From Octopus vulgaris (taxonomy: Eukaryota), in contig OX597821.1 in assembly GCA_951406725.2 (NCBI GenBank), positions 59,396,001 through 59,460,000 of the forward strand: a stretch of 64,000 nt of DNA, written 5' to 3'. The notes beneath the pieces are model-generated. The model was given only the letters and a program-made list of their open reading frames with translations. It was not told the DNA's origin and made no database searches. Numbering within the stretch: position 1 is the stretch's first letter; the number at the start of each line of letters is the position of its first letter. Of the stretch, positions 51,862 to 64,000 are shown in pieces. The position numbers and the translations under genes are program-made.

Positions 51862-53374
51862 CTGGAATGAGAGAAAACAAAAGAGGGAAATGAATAAATA
51901 ATGTTTGTTGTCAATTTAATTATTTTTACTAGCAAGCTTGCTCGTTATGTTGTGTTAGGGAAACATTTATAGAACAGGTTTGCTTCTTGCAAGAGGTTGC
52001 ATGAAATTAACTAATGATAACTAATCAACAAACTTTATTAATCATTTCAAATATGTAATATGAAACTTTATTTAACTTCACTCCTTAGTTATTTCAGAAA
52101 CATACAAACCTAAATCATAAAAAATATAATCATGTCACTAACCCCATATCCCCAAAATTACTGGCCTTGTACCAACATTTTAAACCATTATTATTACTGT
52201 TATCTTAATACAATTTATTGTGATATTATTATCAGGTTGGTATGGGTGGCACAGATGGTAACATGCTGAGCAGTAATTAATTTTATTGATTAATGACCGA
52301 GTTCAAATCCAACCAGTCAGCTTTGATATTACATTTTATCTCACTGCTAATATTTACAATATTTGGTTTAATAAGTTCTGATTGCTCCAACACATCACCT
52401 GTGTGAGTGTGTAGATACAAATATGCAATAGAAATTTATACAGGGTCGGGGGGGGGGGCACCAAAGCCCAAGTAATAGGGGAGAGCAGAGATGACAAGGA
52501 CACGACTTTTCACTTACTATATAGGATATAGCATCATTGGTTTTTGTAGGGCCAATCAGTGATTTACACTGGCAAAAGATACACATACACATTTTTATCT
52601 CTGCTTTCCACACTGATATGGGTTTAATGGGATATTTTGAGGCAGGTAATATTTTACAGCTGCATGCCTTACCTGATGCCAACCCTTTTAGTTGCCTCTT
52701 TCAACACAAAGGGGATAAGGTATACCTGTCCTGAAATAATTCTTTGATTAATTAAGGTAAAATTCCCAATCAAAAAGTGGAAATTATTGATCCTTTCACT
52801 GTCATTTTAGAATCTTAGAGTACATTTATTGCTCAGATTAAAAGAAGATTTTAAATGATTGTTTAAGGTTTGAAGATAATTGGAATCAAGCTAACAACAT
52901 TGGTTGTTATAACTCTTTTAATGACTTCATGATTTAATTAAGGAGGAGGAGAGAATTATTTGATTATTCTTTCATTCTTTTACTTGTTTCAGTCACTTGA
53001 CTGTGGTCATGCTGGAGCATAGATCATTTTGACTTCCTAACCTATATGTGGTTCACTTTCTGATTGAGAGGAGCAAAAATTGCGTGGCCAATTGAAACAG
53101 TTGCAGTTTACATTCTTACTTCATTCCACTAACCCAAAGGGAATAATATTCATAGTAAAAATTCATTACAACTATCCTCTATAATGAAGCTTTGGAAACA
53201 ATAGTAAAGCAAAAGGCACAACTTTATTAAATATTAAGTTCTGAGCCAAGATTTTCCTTTTCATTTAAGGGCCAGTTATTAACCCGTTCTATTTTGTGTG
53301 TGTGTGTGTGTGTGTGTGTATTATGTTAGAATTAAAACAAAAACAAACCAAACAATAAAGCAAAATTTACAGAC

Positions 53375-53505
53375 CTCTCTGTTTTTTCTCTGTAAATCCA
53401 CAACTTGGGAAAGAAGACTCGTAATCTCTTCTTTCTGGCGTGAACTCTCTTCTGTCTTGCGGGCCAACTCATCAGAGAAGACCTCAAGCTGACTGTTGAC
53501 ATCAG
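53375..53505 (-). CDS. TRAK1: TRAK/Milton exon (ADVNSQLEVFSDELARKTEESSRQKEEITSLLSQVVDLQRKNRE)
   Basis: tttgtag| and |gtctgt, 131 nt, phase 1 to 0. Matches TRAK ELAKKTEDAARQQEEITHLLSQIVDLQ. Confidence 0.93.
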
Positions 53506-55017
53506 CTACAAACATGAAAAGGAAGACAACACTCAATTAAAAGACATTTAAATACATGATGACAATGTTATGTAAGACATTAAACAAGGAGAATGCAATA
53601 AAAAAATCCCCCTGCATTGCAGAAGCATTCATTCTGCTCCTGAAAATCTTGCTATAAAATCAAAATCCATAGAATGTATTTTTGCATTCACTCTCATGAT
53701 ACATAAAATGAAAGTCAATGAAAAATAGTTTTATCAGCATCATCATCATTGTTTTAACAATCCACTTTTTCTTGTTCACATAGGTTGGACAGAATTTTGC
53801 TGAGGCAGAATTACTCTGGCTGAATGCCCTTCCTGTTTGCCAACCCTCACCTGTTTTCACAGACTGGAAGTGAAACATGGTGGCTGCATGACAGTGAAAC
53901 TCACAACTCGCATGCAACAAACACAAACCCACACATATGACGGGCTTCTTTCAGTTTCTATGCACAAATCCATATACAAGGCTTTGTTTAAACCAGGACT
54001 GTAACAGAAGATACTTGCCCAAGGTGCCACACAGTGAGACTGCACCTGAGACCACGTGGTTGGGATGTCTCCTTACCACACAGTCACACTTGCATAATGG
54101 AATTTGACATTATGGCAAAATTTTCAGGAACAGAATGTTTATATATGTAGGGGATGCTTTGTACCTAGTTCAACATTATTGTAACATGAATTCCAATTAT
54201 CTAGATATTTCAGAAGTTACACACATTACTCCACCACAAGGTACATTTCTTGGAGGAGTGTGATGGTTTATGTGCCTCGATGATTCTGAAAGCTATTCTA
54301 ACAGGGTAAAAGGTCCTGATAGGGCCTCCTGTGCTGCACAGGTCAAAGAATAGGAGGCTAGACTAACCACTTCTTCCTAGAGTTAAAAACAAATCCATAT
54401 AGAGCCAGCAACCCTACCTAGAAAAAAAAAACAAAGTTACAGAAGCATTGATGACAATCCAAAACCAATAAGACCGGGGAGAGGAAGGTCTCCCATCAGG
54501 GAAACATATGACACAGAGCAACAAAATCCAAGGCAGAGGGTATCCAACTGGAGAAGTGCAAAAAAGACTGCCCAGAATCAAGAACAGTGAAAAAAAAAGT
54601 CACCTATGCCCCATGGGAAGTATAGAACTTGTATAGTATACAGGTATATAGTATAGTAGCCTGTATAGCATACAGGTTACTTGATGATATGAAGGTTGAT
54701 TTTTTTTTTTTTACTCCTAAAATGCAAGATAGCTTTAATAATAATAATAATAAAAATGAAAATTGAGAAAAGTCTTTATCTTTGATAAACATACTTGTTT
54801 TTAAGTTTCTGAAATTTGCATTGTAATTTTATTTAATAATTCAAGTAGTTTGTGTATCATATTTTCAGAATGCTTGGCTTCAATAGTTTTCATGTTCTCA
54901 TTGGTGTTTGTATGTAGGTGGTGGTTTCCTACCAGCTTCTGATTCAAGGGTTTTACAACTTTGCTTGTAGGTTCTTTATTGACCATAGTACCTACTGTAC
55001 TTGATAGCATATAAGAT

Positions 55018-55200
55018 GTACTTTTCTACAAAAAAATAACCTCAGACCCTACATGTGAAGCTGAGGTACTTTTCTACAAAAAAATAACCTCAGGCCCAAC
55101 ATGTGAAGCTGAGGTACTTTTCTACAAAAAAATAACCTCAGGCCCTACATGTGAAGCTGAGGTACTTTTCTACAAAAAAAATAACCTCAGGCCCTACATG
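55018..55200. repeat. Minisatellite, about 48-bp unit, about 3.8 copies
   Basis: gtacttttctacaaaaaaataacctcaggccctacatgtgaagctgag repeated almost perfectly. Confidence 0.92.
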
Positions 55201-55477
55201 AAAAGTTGGGCTTCTAACTAAATATTACATGCTTTGAGGCACTAAAAACTTTTACTCTTGAATATGCATTGCTGAAAATAGGGTGTGTCTAATGTACCTG
55301 TATATCTTTTATACCATCAAATACAGTAAGTATTATTAGATATGTTTGCAATATGAAATTTCATAGATTTTTCAGAAGGACAAGATTTTGATAAGTAGCA
55401 GATATCTCCTTCAAGATTTATGTGTTTATAAATTTTGTACAATATAAACATTACTGTCTCATTATGTTGAACTGAAA

Positions 55478-55692
55478 AAGGTGGCAAGCTGGCAGGAACG
55501 TTAGCACACCGGGCGAAATGCATAGCAGTATTTCGTCTGTCTTTATGTTCTGAGTTAAAATTCTGCCATGGTTGACTTTGCCTTTCATCCTTTCGGGGTC
55601 GATAAATTAAGTACCAGTTATGTACTAGGGTCGAACTAATTGACTGGTCCCCTCCCCAAAAATTTTGGGCCTTGTGCCTAGAGTAGAAAAGA
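55478..55692 (+). mobile_element. SINE family B copy
   Basis: aaggtggcaagctggcaggaacgttagcac...gccttgtgcctagagtagaaaag. Confidence 0.85.
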
Positions 55693-56760
55693 ATATGTTG
55701 AACTAAATTCAATTGCTCATCTGTATTCATATTCCCACTAACAAAGAAATTAATTAGTGCGGGTAAAAACGTAAGTGTGCATGTGTATACATTTATATTT
55801 TATAATATAGTGGGAAAACTAGGAAAAGAACTAATAAGACTGGCATAGTAGATTGTGACTCATTGCATATTCATGTGCTTCTGAAGCTATTTTTGTGCCT
55901 TAAAAAGTTATAAAATCTATAATTTTGTGAATATTTTAATCCTTTCTTTCATAATGTAATCAACATTAATGTATCTTATGCTTGTAATGAGGTAAACTGA
56001 CCCCATTTCAAACATGAGTCAGAAGAATGTGATGCAATGTTTGCACAGGGATTATAGGAGGGGGAAAATAGACATTATGTGTGTGAGAGAGATTGTATGT
56101 GGAGGGGGTTGTCATAAGAAAGAGGGAGCAGAGACATATTTTCATAAAAGACAATTATGCAATTCATTTGTCTAATCAAAACAAAAACAGAAAAATAATA
56201 AATCTAAACTTTTTTTATAAAAAAATCATAAAATTAAAAGCAACAGCCTTGGATTATTATTAAAAAAATCTAAAAACTACTGAAAAATAGTTTACAATCA
56301 AACAATTATTCTACTGTCATTAAATATTTGTGCACCCTAATTTAGTACACAAGTATGAATTTTAAGAACAAATGAACCTAGAGCTTTCTAAAAGCAATGA
56401 TAACTGCTTTTGGTGAGGAAGGAAAAATTTTAAGTACATTAATGAGTCTATTTATGTATCATAGTTAATGTAAATATATGAAAGACTGATGTTTGGAGAT
56501 ATCTTTTATGGATGCCCTGTGTTTGAAAACACAGTATGTATATATTGTAGGGAAATAGAGTTTATTCCAGCAGTGGTGAAAGTGAACAACAGATGCATTT
56601 CTGCATCATAGTGCATCATCAATAATGTGTACTCACAGCCAGCATGTCTAAATTAGATCCACCGCTACTGATATATACATGAAAACAGGGAATAAACAAT
56701 CACTGATGCTGCAAGTAACTGCCCAACTGAATAAAAAACAGTCATATGCAACACAAACAA

Positions 56761-57112
56761 TCATCATCATCGTTTAACATCCGTTCTCCATGCTAGCATG
56801 GGTTGGACGGTTCGACCGGGGATCTGGGAAGCCAGAAGGCTGCACCAGGCTCCAGTCTTATCTGGCAATGTTTCTACAGCTGGATGCCCTTCCTAACGCC
56901 AACCACTCCGTGAGTGTAGTGGGTGCCTTTTACGTGCCACCTGCACAGGTGCCAGGCGAGGCTGGCAACGGCCACGGTCGGATTGGTGTATTTTATGTGC
57001 CACCGGCACGGAAGCCAGTCGAGGCAGCGCTGGCATCGGCCACGAGTCAGATAGTGCTTTTTACGTACCACCAGACCAGGGATCCTGGCTGGTTCAATTC
57101 GATTTCGATTTC
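56761..57112. mobile_element. Family C retroposon copy; others near 291-500, 8010-8196, 36790-37010, 50076-50360 and 57405-57578
   Basis: Same diagnostic blocks and internal ttttacgtgccacc repeats. Confidence 0.85.
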
Positions 57113-57152
57113 GCATACTTTATACATATATCAAATTATGAGTTATCATTAC

Positions 57153-57231
57153 CAAGCTGCTTGAGGCAATCTTGCACCAACTTCTCTTCCTTTTCTTCAT
57201 AGTCCTCAGTGACTGATGCCAACTGGGAAGT
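57153..57231 (-). CDS. TRAK1: TRAK/Milton exon (TSQLASVTEDYEEKEEKLVQDCLKQL)
   Basis: ttcttacag| and |gtaatg, 79 nt, phase 0 to 1. Matches the TRAK motif YEEKEQQLVNDCVKEL. Confidence 0.92.
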
Positions 57232-58127
57232 CTGTAAGAAAAACCACACAAAAAACAGATTAGATTGATATGAATAACTAAAAGTAGTTTGTAAAATACT
57301 GACATAAAATTGTCAACAAATTCATGTAGTTATTAATATTAAGTTATTAACAGACATACTCATTAATATTCAATTAATATAATATTTAATTATTAACATC
57401 ATGTAAAAACTACTCAGTCCACTTCTGTAACGTGGTTAGTGTTCAGAAGAGCATCCAGCTGTAAAAAACCTTTCCAAAACAGACAGTGGAGCCTGGTGCA
57501 GTCTTCTGCCTGGCCAGCTCCTGTCAGACTGTCTAACCAATGCCAGCATGGAAAACAGACATTAAATGATAATGATGATAATTACCATTTAATGCCCACT
57601 TTTCCATGCTTGCATGGGTTAAACAGAATTTGTCAAGGCAATACAGCCAGATGCCCTTCCTGTTGCCAATCTTCACCAGTCTCATAGTAATGTGATATTT
57701 TCCCAAAGGTAGACATGTTTTTCACACAACACTGGAAACAGCTTACATGATGATAATGCCCATTTACAACCATCATATAATATCTAGACAATGGTACACA
57801 CACACATACACAAACCAGGTTTCTTACAGTTTCCATCTATCAAATCCACTCACGGCTTTGGTTGACCCAGGGCTATAGTAGAAGACACTTTCCCAAGATG
57901 CCAAGCAGTGGGAGTGAAACCAAGTTATTAATACAATTGCTAATAGATGTACTGCTATGTAAATGAGTAAAACCAGTGTCGGCATTCTTTGTAGGCTGCT
58001 TGCTCTCTCTGAAGAATGGAGATGAGCAAATACTCCTAAAGAACCGACAACGAACAGTCAAAGCTAGCTGAGCTGTTGCTGGATCCACATTGCAGACAGA
58101 ATTCCATGGTTTAATGATAGGATCTAT

Positions 58128-58510
58128 TTATCTTTTACTGGTTTCAGTCATTGGATTGCAGTCATGCTGGGGCACTGCTTTGAAGGGTTTAGGCAAACAA
58201 ATCAAACCTAGTACTTCTTCCCTTTTTAAATCTGGTAGTTATTCCATCAGTGTCCTTTGTTGAATTGCTAAGTTATGGGGCACCTAAACAAACAACACTG
58301 GTTGTTAAAGGAACAAACACTGACACACAGACACATGCGCATATATATGATATGCTTCCACATAGTTTCTGTGTACCAAATTTACTGACAAGGCACTGGT
58401 CCGATCAGGGCTATAATAGAAGACATTTGCCTGAAGTGCCACGCAATGGACTGAGCCCAAAACCACACGCTTGCAGAGTGAGCTTCTTAGCCACACAGCC
58501 ACACCTGCAC
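58128..58510 (-). mobile_element. Older SINE family A copy; similar old copies near 9458-9737, 23232-23593 and 31040-31420
   Basis: Diverged match (gtttcagtcatt...accacacagcc). Confidence 0.7.
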
Positions 58511-58590
58511 TTATACACAACAAAGGTGAATGTATGTTTATTAAAGGTACATACAAGAACTTATCCACACATCTCTGACACAGTGCTTAC

Positions 58591-58684
58591 CTCGAGTCGC
58601 AGCTGCAAGTTGTCATCCTCAAGAAGCCGAACTTTTTTCTTTAGGCTATCGACATTGATACTGGACAGATTAAATGATTTCACC
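58591..58684 (-). CDS. TRAK1: TRAK/Milton homologue, first coding exon seen in window (VKSFNLSSINVDSLKKKVRLLEDDNLQLRLE), HAP1_N coiled coil
   Basis: Acceptor ttttctctctgaag| and donor |gtaagc, 94 nt, phase 2 to 0. Peptide resembles the TRAK1 segment LDSLQKKLKDLEEENVVLRSE (recalled sequence). Confidence 0.88.
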
Positions 58685-61499
58685 CTTCAGAGAGAAAATA
58701 AGATGAGAGGATATAAAATTTGTATTTTAAAAAATTAGAACTATACCAGTAGATAATCATGATAATATTAGTATTTTCAATTGAATGTTAAAGAAAAAAA
58801 AAAAGAAAGAAAAAACCCCAAATTAAATGTGTTAGTTTGACATTCATCCTGTAAATATTATAGTCATTAACAGAACCCACAGAAGTTCTGTAGTTATTTT
58901 GAAAAGTATAAGATTGTTAGAATCATGAAATACAAAATTTCTTTTGAAATGGTATCTTTTCATAGGTGTTTCATTCTTAAGAGAGTGTCAAGCTCACATA
59001 GTTAGTACAGAAGATGCAGTCTTTGGAGCAAATGCCTTTGAAAACTATATTGTTTGTTATGAACTTCTTGCCACTTCTACCTTGAGAGTTGTTATAATCT
59101 TTACATAAAGTAAAAAAAAAAGAAAAAAATTTAACTATGGAATAAAAAAGCAGGCAGCAGACATTATCTGTGACATTATTTTGCTATTGTATGGCTATAT
59201 TGGCAAAACTAAGAGATCTTAATACATTCTACTACATTCTTGGTCTCAAACCAAGAAGTGCATATGGCTGGACTTGAACCCACAGTCACCTCACTGAGCT
59301 GTGATTAAAAATATTCATCAGTCAACTGCCTTATGAATCACATAAATGAAATGTATACACTAGATTATGCCTAATTTTATTCCATAGCTAAAGCATTACA
59401 TATATAGACAATAATAGCAGAAATAACAAACAAACAAAACTATAAAAAAAAATTTAATTTTTTCTAAGGCCTAACCTAAAAAAAGGTTTCTATTGCTAGG
59501 GGATTAAAAGCAATGCCTTGCATGAAGAAATCGTCAAAGAAAACTAATCTGTAAAAGTTCTTCTAAAATCTTTGAAGAAAGGTATTTGACATGACCTTAT
59601 ATTTATTTTGTCAGAGTACAAGATTATAAATTGTATCCTAAGTTTATAAATACAGCAGAAACAAAGAGATAGATAACATTAAGGAAAATCTGCATAAATC
59701 CAAGATAAATACTATGTGATGCTTATTAACTTCATTTTCCTTTTTAGCTGACCTTTTCTAATTGTTTCTTGTTGTTTGAAGATAAGATATTTCTAGGTTC
59801 TAAATACCCAACACATGATGTGGAAAAATAAATGTAAAAATATGAATAATAATGATTTTCTTTTGAGGAATACTAGGCCAATAATTAGGAGGGATGGGGC
59901 ACAACTGGTTACATTAACACGAGTGTATAATTAGTACTTACTGGTTCCAGGAAAAAGCTGAAGTTCATTCAGGTAGGATTCAGGATATAAGATGAAGCCA
60001 AACATAGTAAGGCTTTTTTACTACCATTTTTTATTAATAATATTAATGATATTTAATGTTAAACAGTAGTTCAAAGAGTCTAAGGATGCTTCACACAGCA
60101 TAAAGATATAAAGATGGTATCTTAGTTTTGAGCAATACTATTTGTTATATAGCCTATGTAAGACCTGCTCAAACAGACCCATGGCACATAGAAAACTATT
60201 TAGGAACAACTCACAGACCCAGCACTCCAGATATACCCTATCTGCATTTTTGTGTCAAGCATGTTGATCTGTGCGGATAGCATTAACTTTTCTAACATTC
60301 AGAGTTCTTATCAGGACTGTTCCATCACCTTTGGATACACTGGCACAAAATTAAGCTTTTTGGTTGCTTAATGTAATTCTAAGGACACAGACAAAAAAAA
60401 ATTCTAGTTGAACATCAATGGTGAATGATATATTTATAGGTCATACTGTGAGATAGAGAGAAATAATGACGTTAATTATAAAATGTCTTGATGCACAACT
60501 ACATGTATATTAAGATATATATTGTGATACATCTTCTATCTTTTGTTTTCTATTTTCACTTCTGCCTCTATTTTAGATTTCTCATACCAATTTGAATTTA
60601 ATGTTTTTGGAAGTTGTTTCTGAATGTTAGATATTAGGTAGTTGATTAAATGGATAATTAGTATGATTAAACACAAATCAATTGAATATATATATGCACG
60701 AGGGAGTGCATACTAAGGTGAGATACAAACCCATAAAAGTTTAACTAGGTAGAAAGGGAAGACATATTGTTAATGTACAATGAAGTTATGAGTAAAGAAC
60801 TGTTATGATACACAACTTGAAAAGACAATGATAGATGAAGATGAGGCTTTAGTTAGGGAAAAAAAAGTATGTTAAGTACAATGAGATGTTATAAACACAA
60901 GTAAAATACTCTGTATTTTTGAGATTGCCTAGGTCAGTGTAAATAGGGAAATACTAGTACATATTAGGATCATCAAAATAGGCAAAGTCAGAGAAGCATT
61001 GATGCTGTCTCCTTAATTGGTAGCAGCCATCTTATAAGTTACTGAAGCTGTCTCTAGCAAAGGAAAACTATGTGAATGGGTGCTGTACCTGCTGTCGGCT
61101 CCAGATGAGGATGGCTGTTGCTGTGTTCTAAAAAACGAAAAGGTAATGAAAAAGGTAGAAAAATACTGTCAAGACAACACTGCAGCACAATGGAGACAGA
61201 TACACACAAAACTGTGGGTCCCAATATATTTTTCATATCTCTGTGAGAACCCCTTTTGGCTTCTTAAGGGTTTTGGTAACTTTTCTAGAAACTGAAAATC
61301 TTATTTGACCTCAATTATTAAATTAAATTGAGAAAATACAGTTTACAGACATTGCCACCACTAATAAAACATAGTTTTATAAACCTAAGACTCCAGGGAC
61401 CTCTAATGGGCAGTCCTACCTCACATCTTTTTTACTTGTCGGTTCTGGAGAAGAGGCAGTGCTCACAGCTTCTACATGCTTCCCCCAGAATAGTGGAAT

Positions 61500-62090
61500 T
61501 GATATTCTTCTTGAATGGTGAAATTAATATTTTTCTTGAACTTTTGTAAGACATCTGATAGGGACATTCAGAAAATCCCAGAGGGCCTACATTATCAGAA
61601 GGAAGGGCAGCTTGTAATGATTAGCATGTGGCATGGTAGGAGATGTGATATAAAAAGGGTGATGAGCAAAGGAGAGACGAATAGCATGGGAACACCTGAT
61701 TATAGGTGGCATGAACCCAGCCAGCTCCAAGGAATAGAGAAATGCCATTATAGCAGATATAGAAAAGTCAGAGTGGGAAGAAATAGAGCACCTTTAGACA
61801 AGGGGCTGGAGCATGTCTGTAAGTAACTTTTATGCCAACCAGTCAGGTGGCCTTTTCTGGACATGGTCTAAAATGTGTGTGGGAAGCCACAGCAGTAGCA
61901 CTGTCCCACTTGTGAGAGAAATACTCCATTCTGGACCTCAACTGAGTTTTGTAGAATATCAATAATTGTTTGGAGTTTAAGTATCTTCTGGCCCTAAAGA
62001 GAAGTGCTAATCTTTGAGATGTAGCCCTGGCTACATCGAAGACCTGCTTTTGCCAGAAGATACTCCAAGTAATAGTGAAACCCAACAGTG
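61500..62090 (-). mobile_element. LINE (CR1/L2-like) ORF2 C-terminal fragment
   Basis: LGFTITWSIFWQKQV..VAR.TSQRLALLFRARRYL..KQLLIFYKTQLRSRMEY.SH.W resembles the region after the RT domain of non-LTR retrotransposons. Confidence 0.75.
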
Positions 62091-62509
62091 AAACCCTATT
62101 TCAAGGGCACTGGCTGAGTCATGCACTGAGAATTGTCAAACAAGAATGACTACAGAAGACTATAAAAATATAAGATTTACATAAGATCCTTATCTCCCTA
62201 CATAATCTATTTCTCATTAGCTGTGCTATCATAGATAGCACACAGCCAATGAGAAAATGCTAAAACAGAAGGTAAATTATCATAGAAAATTCCAGCAGTT
62301 TTTCATATATCAAGTAGTTACACGGGTTGTGATCACCTACCAGTTTAACAACTGATAAAGATTCCTAATCAGCTTATTGGAATTTTTTCTAATCATACCC
62401 CCATCATAAAAGAAACAAACATTATTTATTTATTCACCAATCTTATGTATGTTATGTACACTCCTATTCTTGCAACTCTGACCTGTTTATTACCATTTAT
62501 CATTGAGAG

Positions 62510-62629
62510 CAACTTTGCCTCTCATCCTTTTAGGGTTGATAAAAGAAGTGCCAGCCGAACACTGGAGTCGATATAATTGACTTACCCTCTCACCCAAACT
62601 TGCTGGCCTTGTGCCACAATTTAAAAGCA

Positions 62630-62673
<44 letters not shown>

Positions 62674-62889
62674 GGTGGTGAGCTGGCAGAATTGTTATCA
62701 CGCTGGGCGAAATGCTTAGCAGTATTGAGCCTGCTGCTACGTTCTGAGTTCAAATTCTACCAAGGTTGACTTTGCCTTTCATGCATTCGGGGTTGATAAA
62801 TTAAGTACCAGTTGCATACTGGGATTGATGTAATTGACTTAATCCCTTCCTCCAAATTCGAGGCCATGTGCTTCCAGAAGAAAGAATTA

Positions 62890-62926
<37 letters not shown>

Positions 62927-63150
62927 AGCAGCAACTGGCAGAATTGTTAGCATGCCAGACGAAATACTAGCAGTATTTTGTCTACTGCTACATTCTGAGT
63001 TCAAATCCCATCAAGGTTGACTTTGCCTTTCATCCTTTTGGGTTGATAAATTAAGTACCAGTGAAACACTAGGGTCAATGTAATCGATTATCACATCCCC
63101 TCAAATTTCAGGCCTCATGCCAATAGTAGAAAGGGTTATTATTATTATCT
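62510..63150 (+). mobile_element. Three head-to-tail SINE family B copies separated by (ATT)n
   Basis: Units at about 62510-62630 (partial), 62672-62886 and 62925-63138, each followed by an (att)n tail. Confidence 0.8.
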
Positions 63151-64000
63151 TTTTTAGTTACTATCTACAATCACAAGAATGTATCTGTAACAGAATGAGT
63201 TCCTACAGAAAGCAGGGGATAGAGCAAGATTTTACATTCAACAGAGAGCATTAAGGAAATACAAGGTTAGAAAAACAAGTTGTTCTGTGCAGATAATTCC
63301 AAATAGCTGGTGCAGAAACGAAACAGTGCAACTGACAGCTGAAGTGAATCTCAAGAACAGAAGACCACTTATAAAATCTGATAAATGAAGGTTTCTGTCT
63401 TATGAAACAATTTTCTTTTTTTTTTGAAATTCTATATTTCATAATCCAAAATAAATAAGAAAGTGCAGGATGGTGGTGGGTAGGTAGATAAAACTACCTT
63501 GAATACAGGGGAAAAGAAAATCCAAAACATGGGCACATTTTACTCTAAATGATCCAGAAGGAAAAGATTATGAATTTACATTAAAATTCTGGAAACAGAT
63601 TGTTCTTGCACAGTTGCAAGTGAGATATTTCTTTGTCCAAGGTTACGACATTAATAATATGTAGCTAGAGTTGAGAAACTTGACATCTCTGCATAGTGTC
63701 TTTATAATTTTAACTCTGTCTTTATCAACAGGAAACTGGGTATGGACTATGGCTGAACTTTTCTCTGTTTCTTATAACCTCTATTCTCAAAACTTATCTC
63801 TGTACATTATACTGGCAGAGAGAAGAAATTGTTGAAAACTTCATTATTAATTCTACAAATACTAAAAGGAAAAAATGTTTTAACTCTGTTTTCATACTTC
63901 TGTTGAAATACACTTTATTGCAGTTAATTTTGAAAATAATGAAGAATTTAGTAAATTAGCTTTCTCATTATTAGGTTGATGTTTGGAACAGAATTTGACA

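Noticed and set aside
55018-55200. Regularly spaced repeats resembling a CRISPR array
   Set aside because: The units are contiguous and nearly identical with no unique spacers, the context is eukaryotic and there are no cas genes. It is a minisatellite.
56637-56667. Strong GTGAGT donor with nearby acceptors in the phase-1 intron
   Set aside because: The possible exon lengths of 11, 28 and 31 nt all break the frame, and the ATG-CTG-GCT reading ends in phase 0. No support as a coding exon.
42832-57164. Near-identical ORFs MLAWVGRFD...FLQLDALPNANHS (also near 268 and 3027) suggesting a small gene family
   Set aside because: They are chance translations of family C retroposon copies, with variable frames and ends.
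59753-59799. Possible upstream TRAK exon
   Set aside because: Weak acceptor, the open frame ends in phase 0 rather than the required phase 2, and there is no TRAK-like peptide. Upstream exons probably lie outside the window.

Overview
AT-rich, repeat-dense eukaryotic genomic DNA. The SINE families and microsatellites look like those of an octopus (inferred from recognising the repeats, not from a search). The window holds the 3' part of one minus-strand gene, a TRAK1/2-Milton (trafficking kinesin-binding protein) homologue. I assembled 11 coding exons by hand between 58684 and 20323. All have GT-AG boundaries and consistent phases, giving about 713 aa that cover the end of the HAP1_N coiled coil, the Milton region and a Ser/Thr/Asn-rich tail ending LRQGGIL*. 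The 5' exons appear to lie beyond 64000. A repeat-poor stretch of about 6.7 kb after the stop codon is probably a long 3' UTR ending at an ATTAAA signal near 13625. The rest is at least four SINE-like families, CR1/L2-type LINE ends, Penelope-like remnants, Tc1, mariner and pogo transposase remnants, and many MITEs (mariner, pogo, hAT, piggyBac-like). The best leads are several frame-preserving candidate cassette exons and microexons in the two long phase-2 introns, a cryptic donor that could delete the conserved KLQIVKP motif in frame, and inverted-repeat hairpins that could be ADAR or back-splicing substrates. Almost all ORFs in the supplied track are spurious. I found no convincing wholly new biological system; the alternative-splicing leads need RNA-seq.
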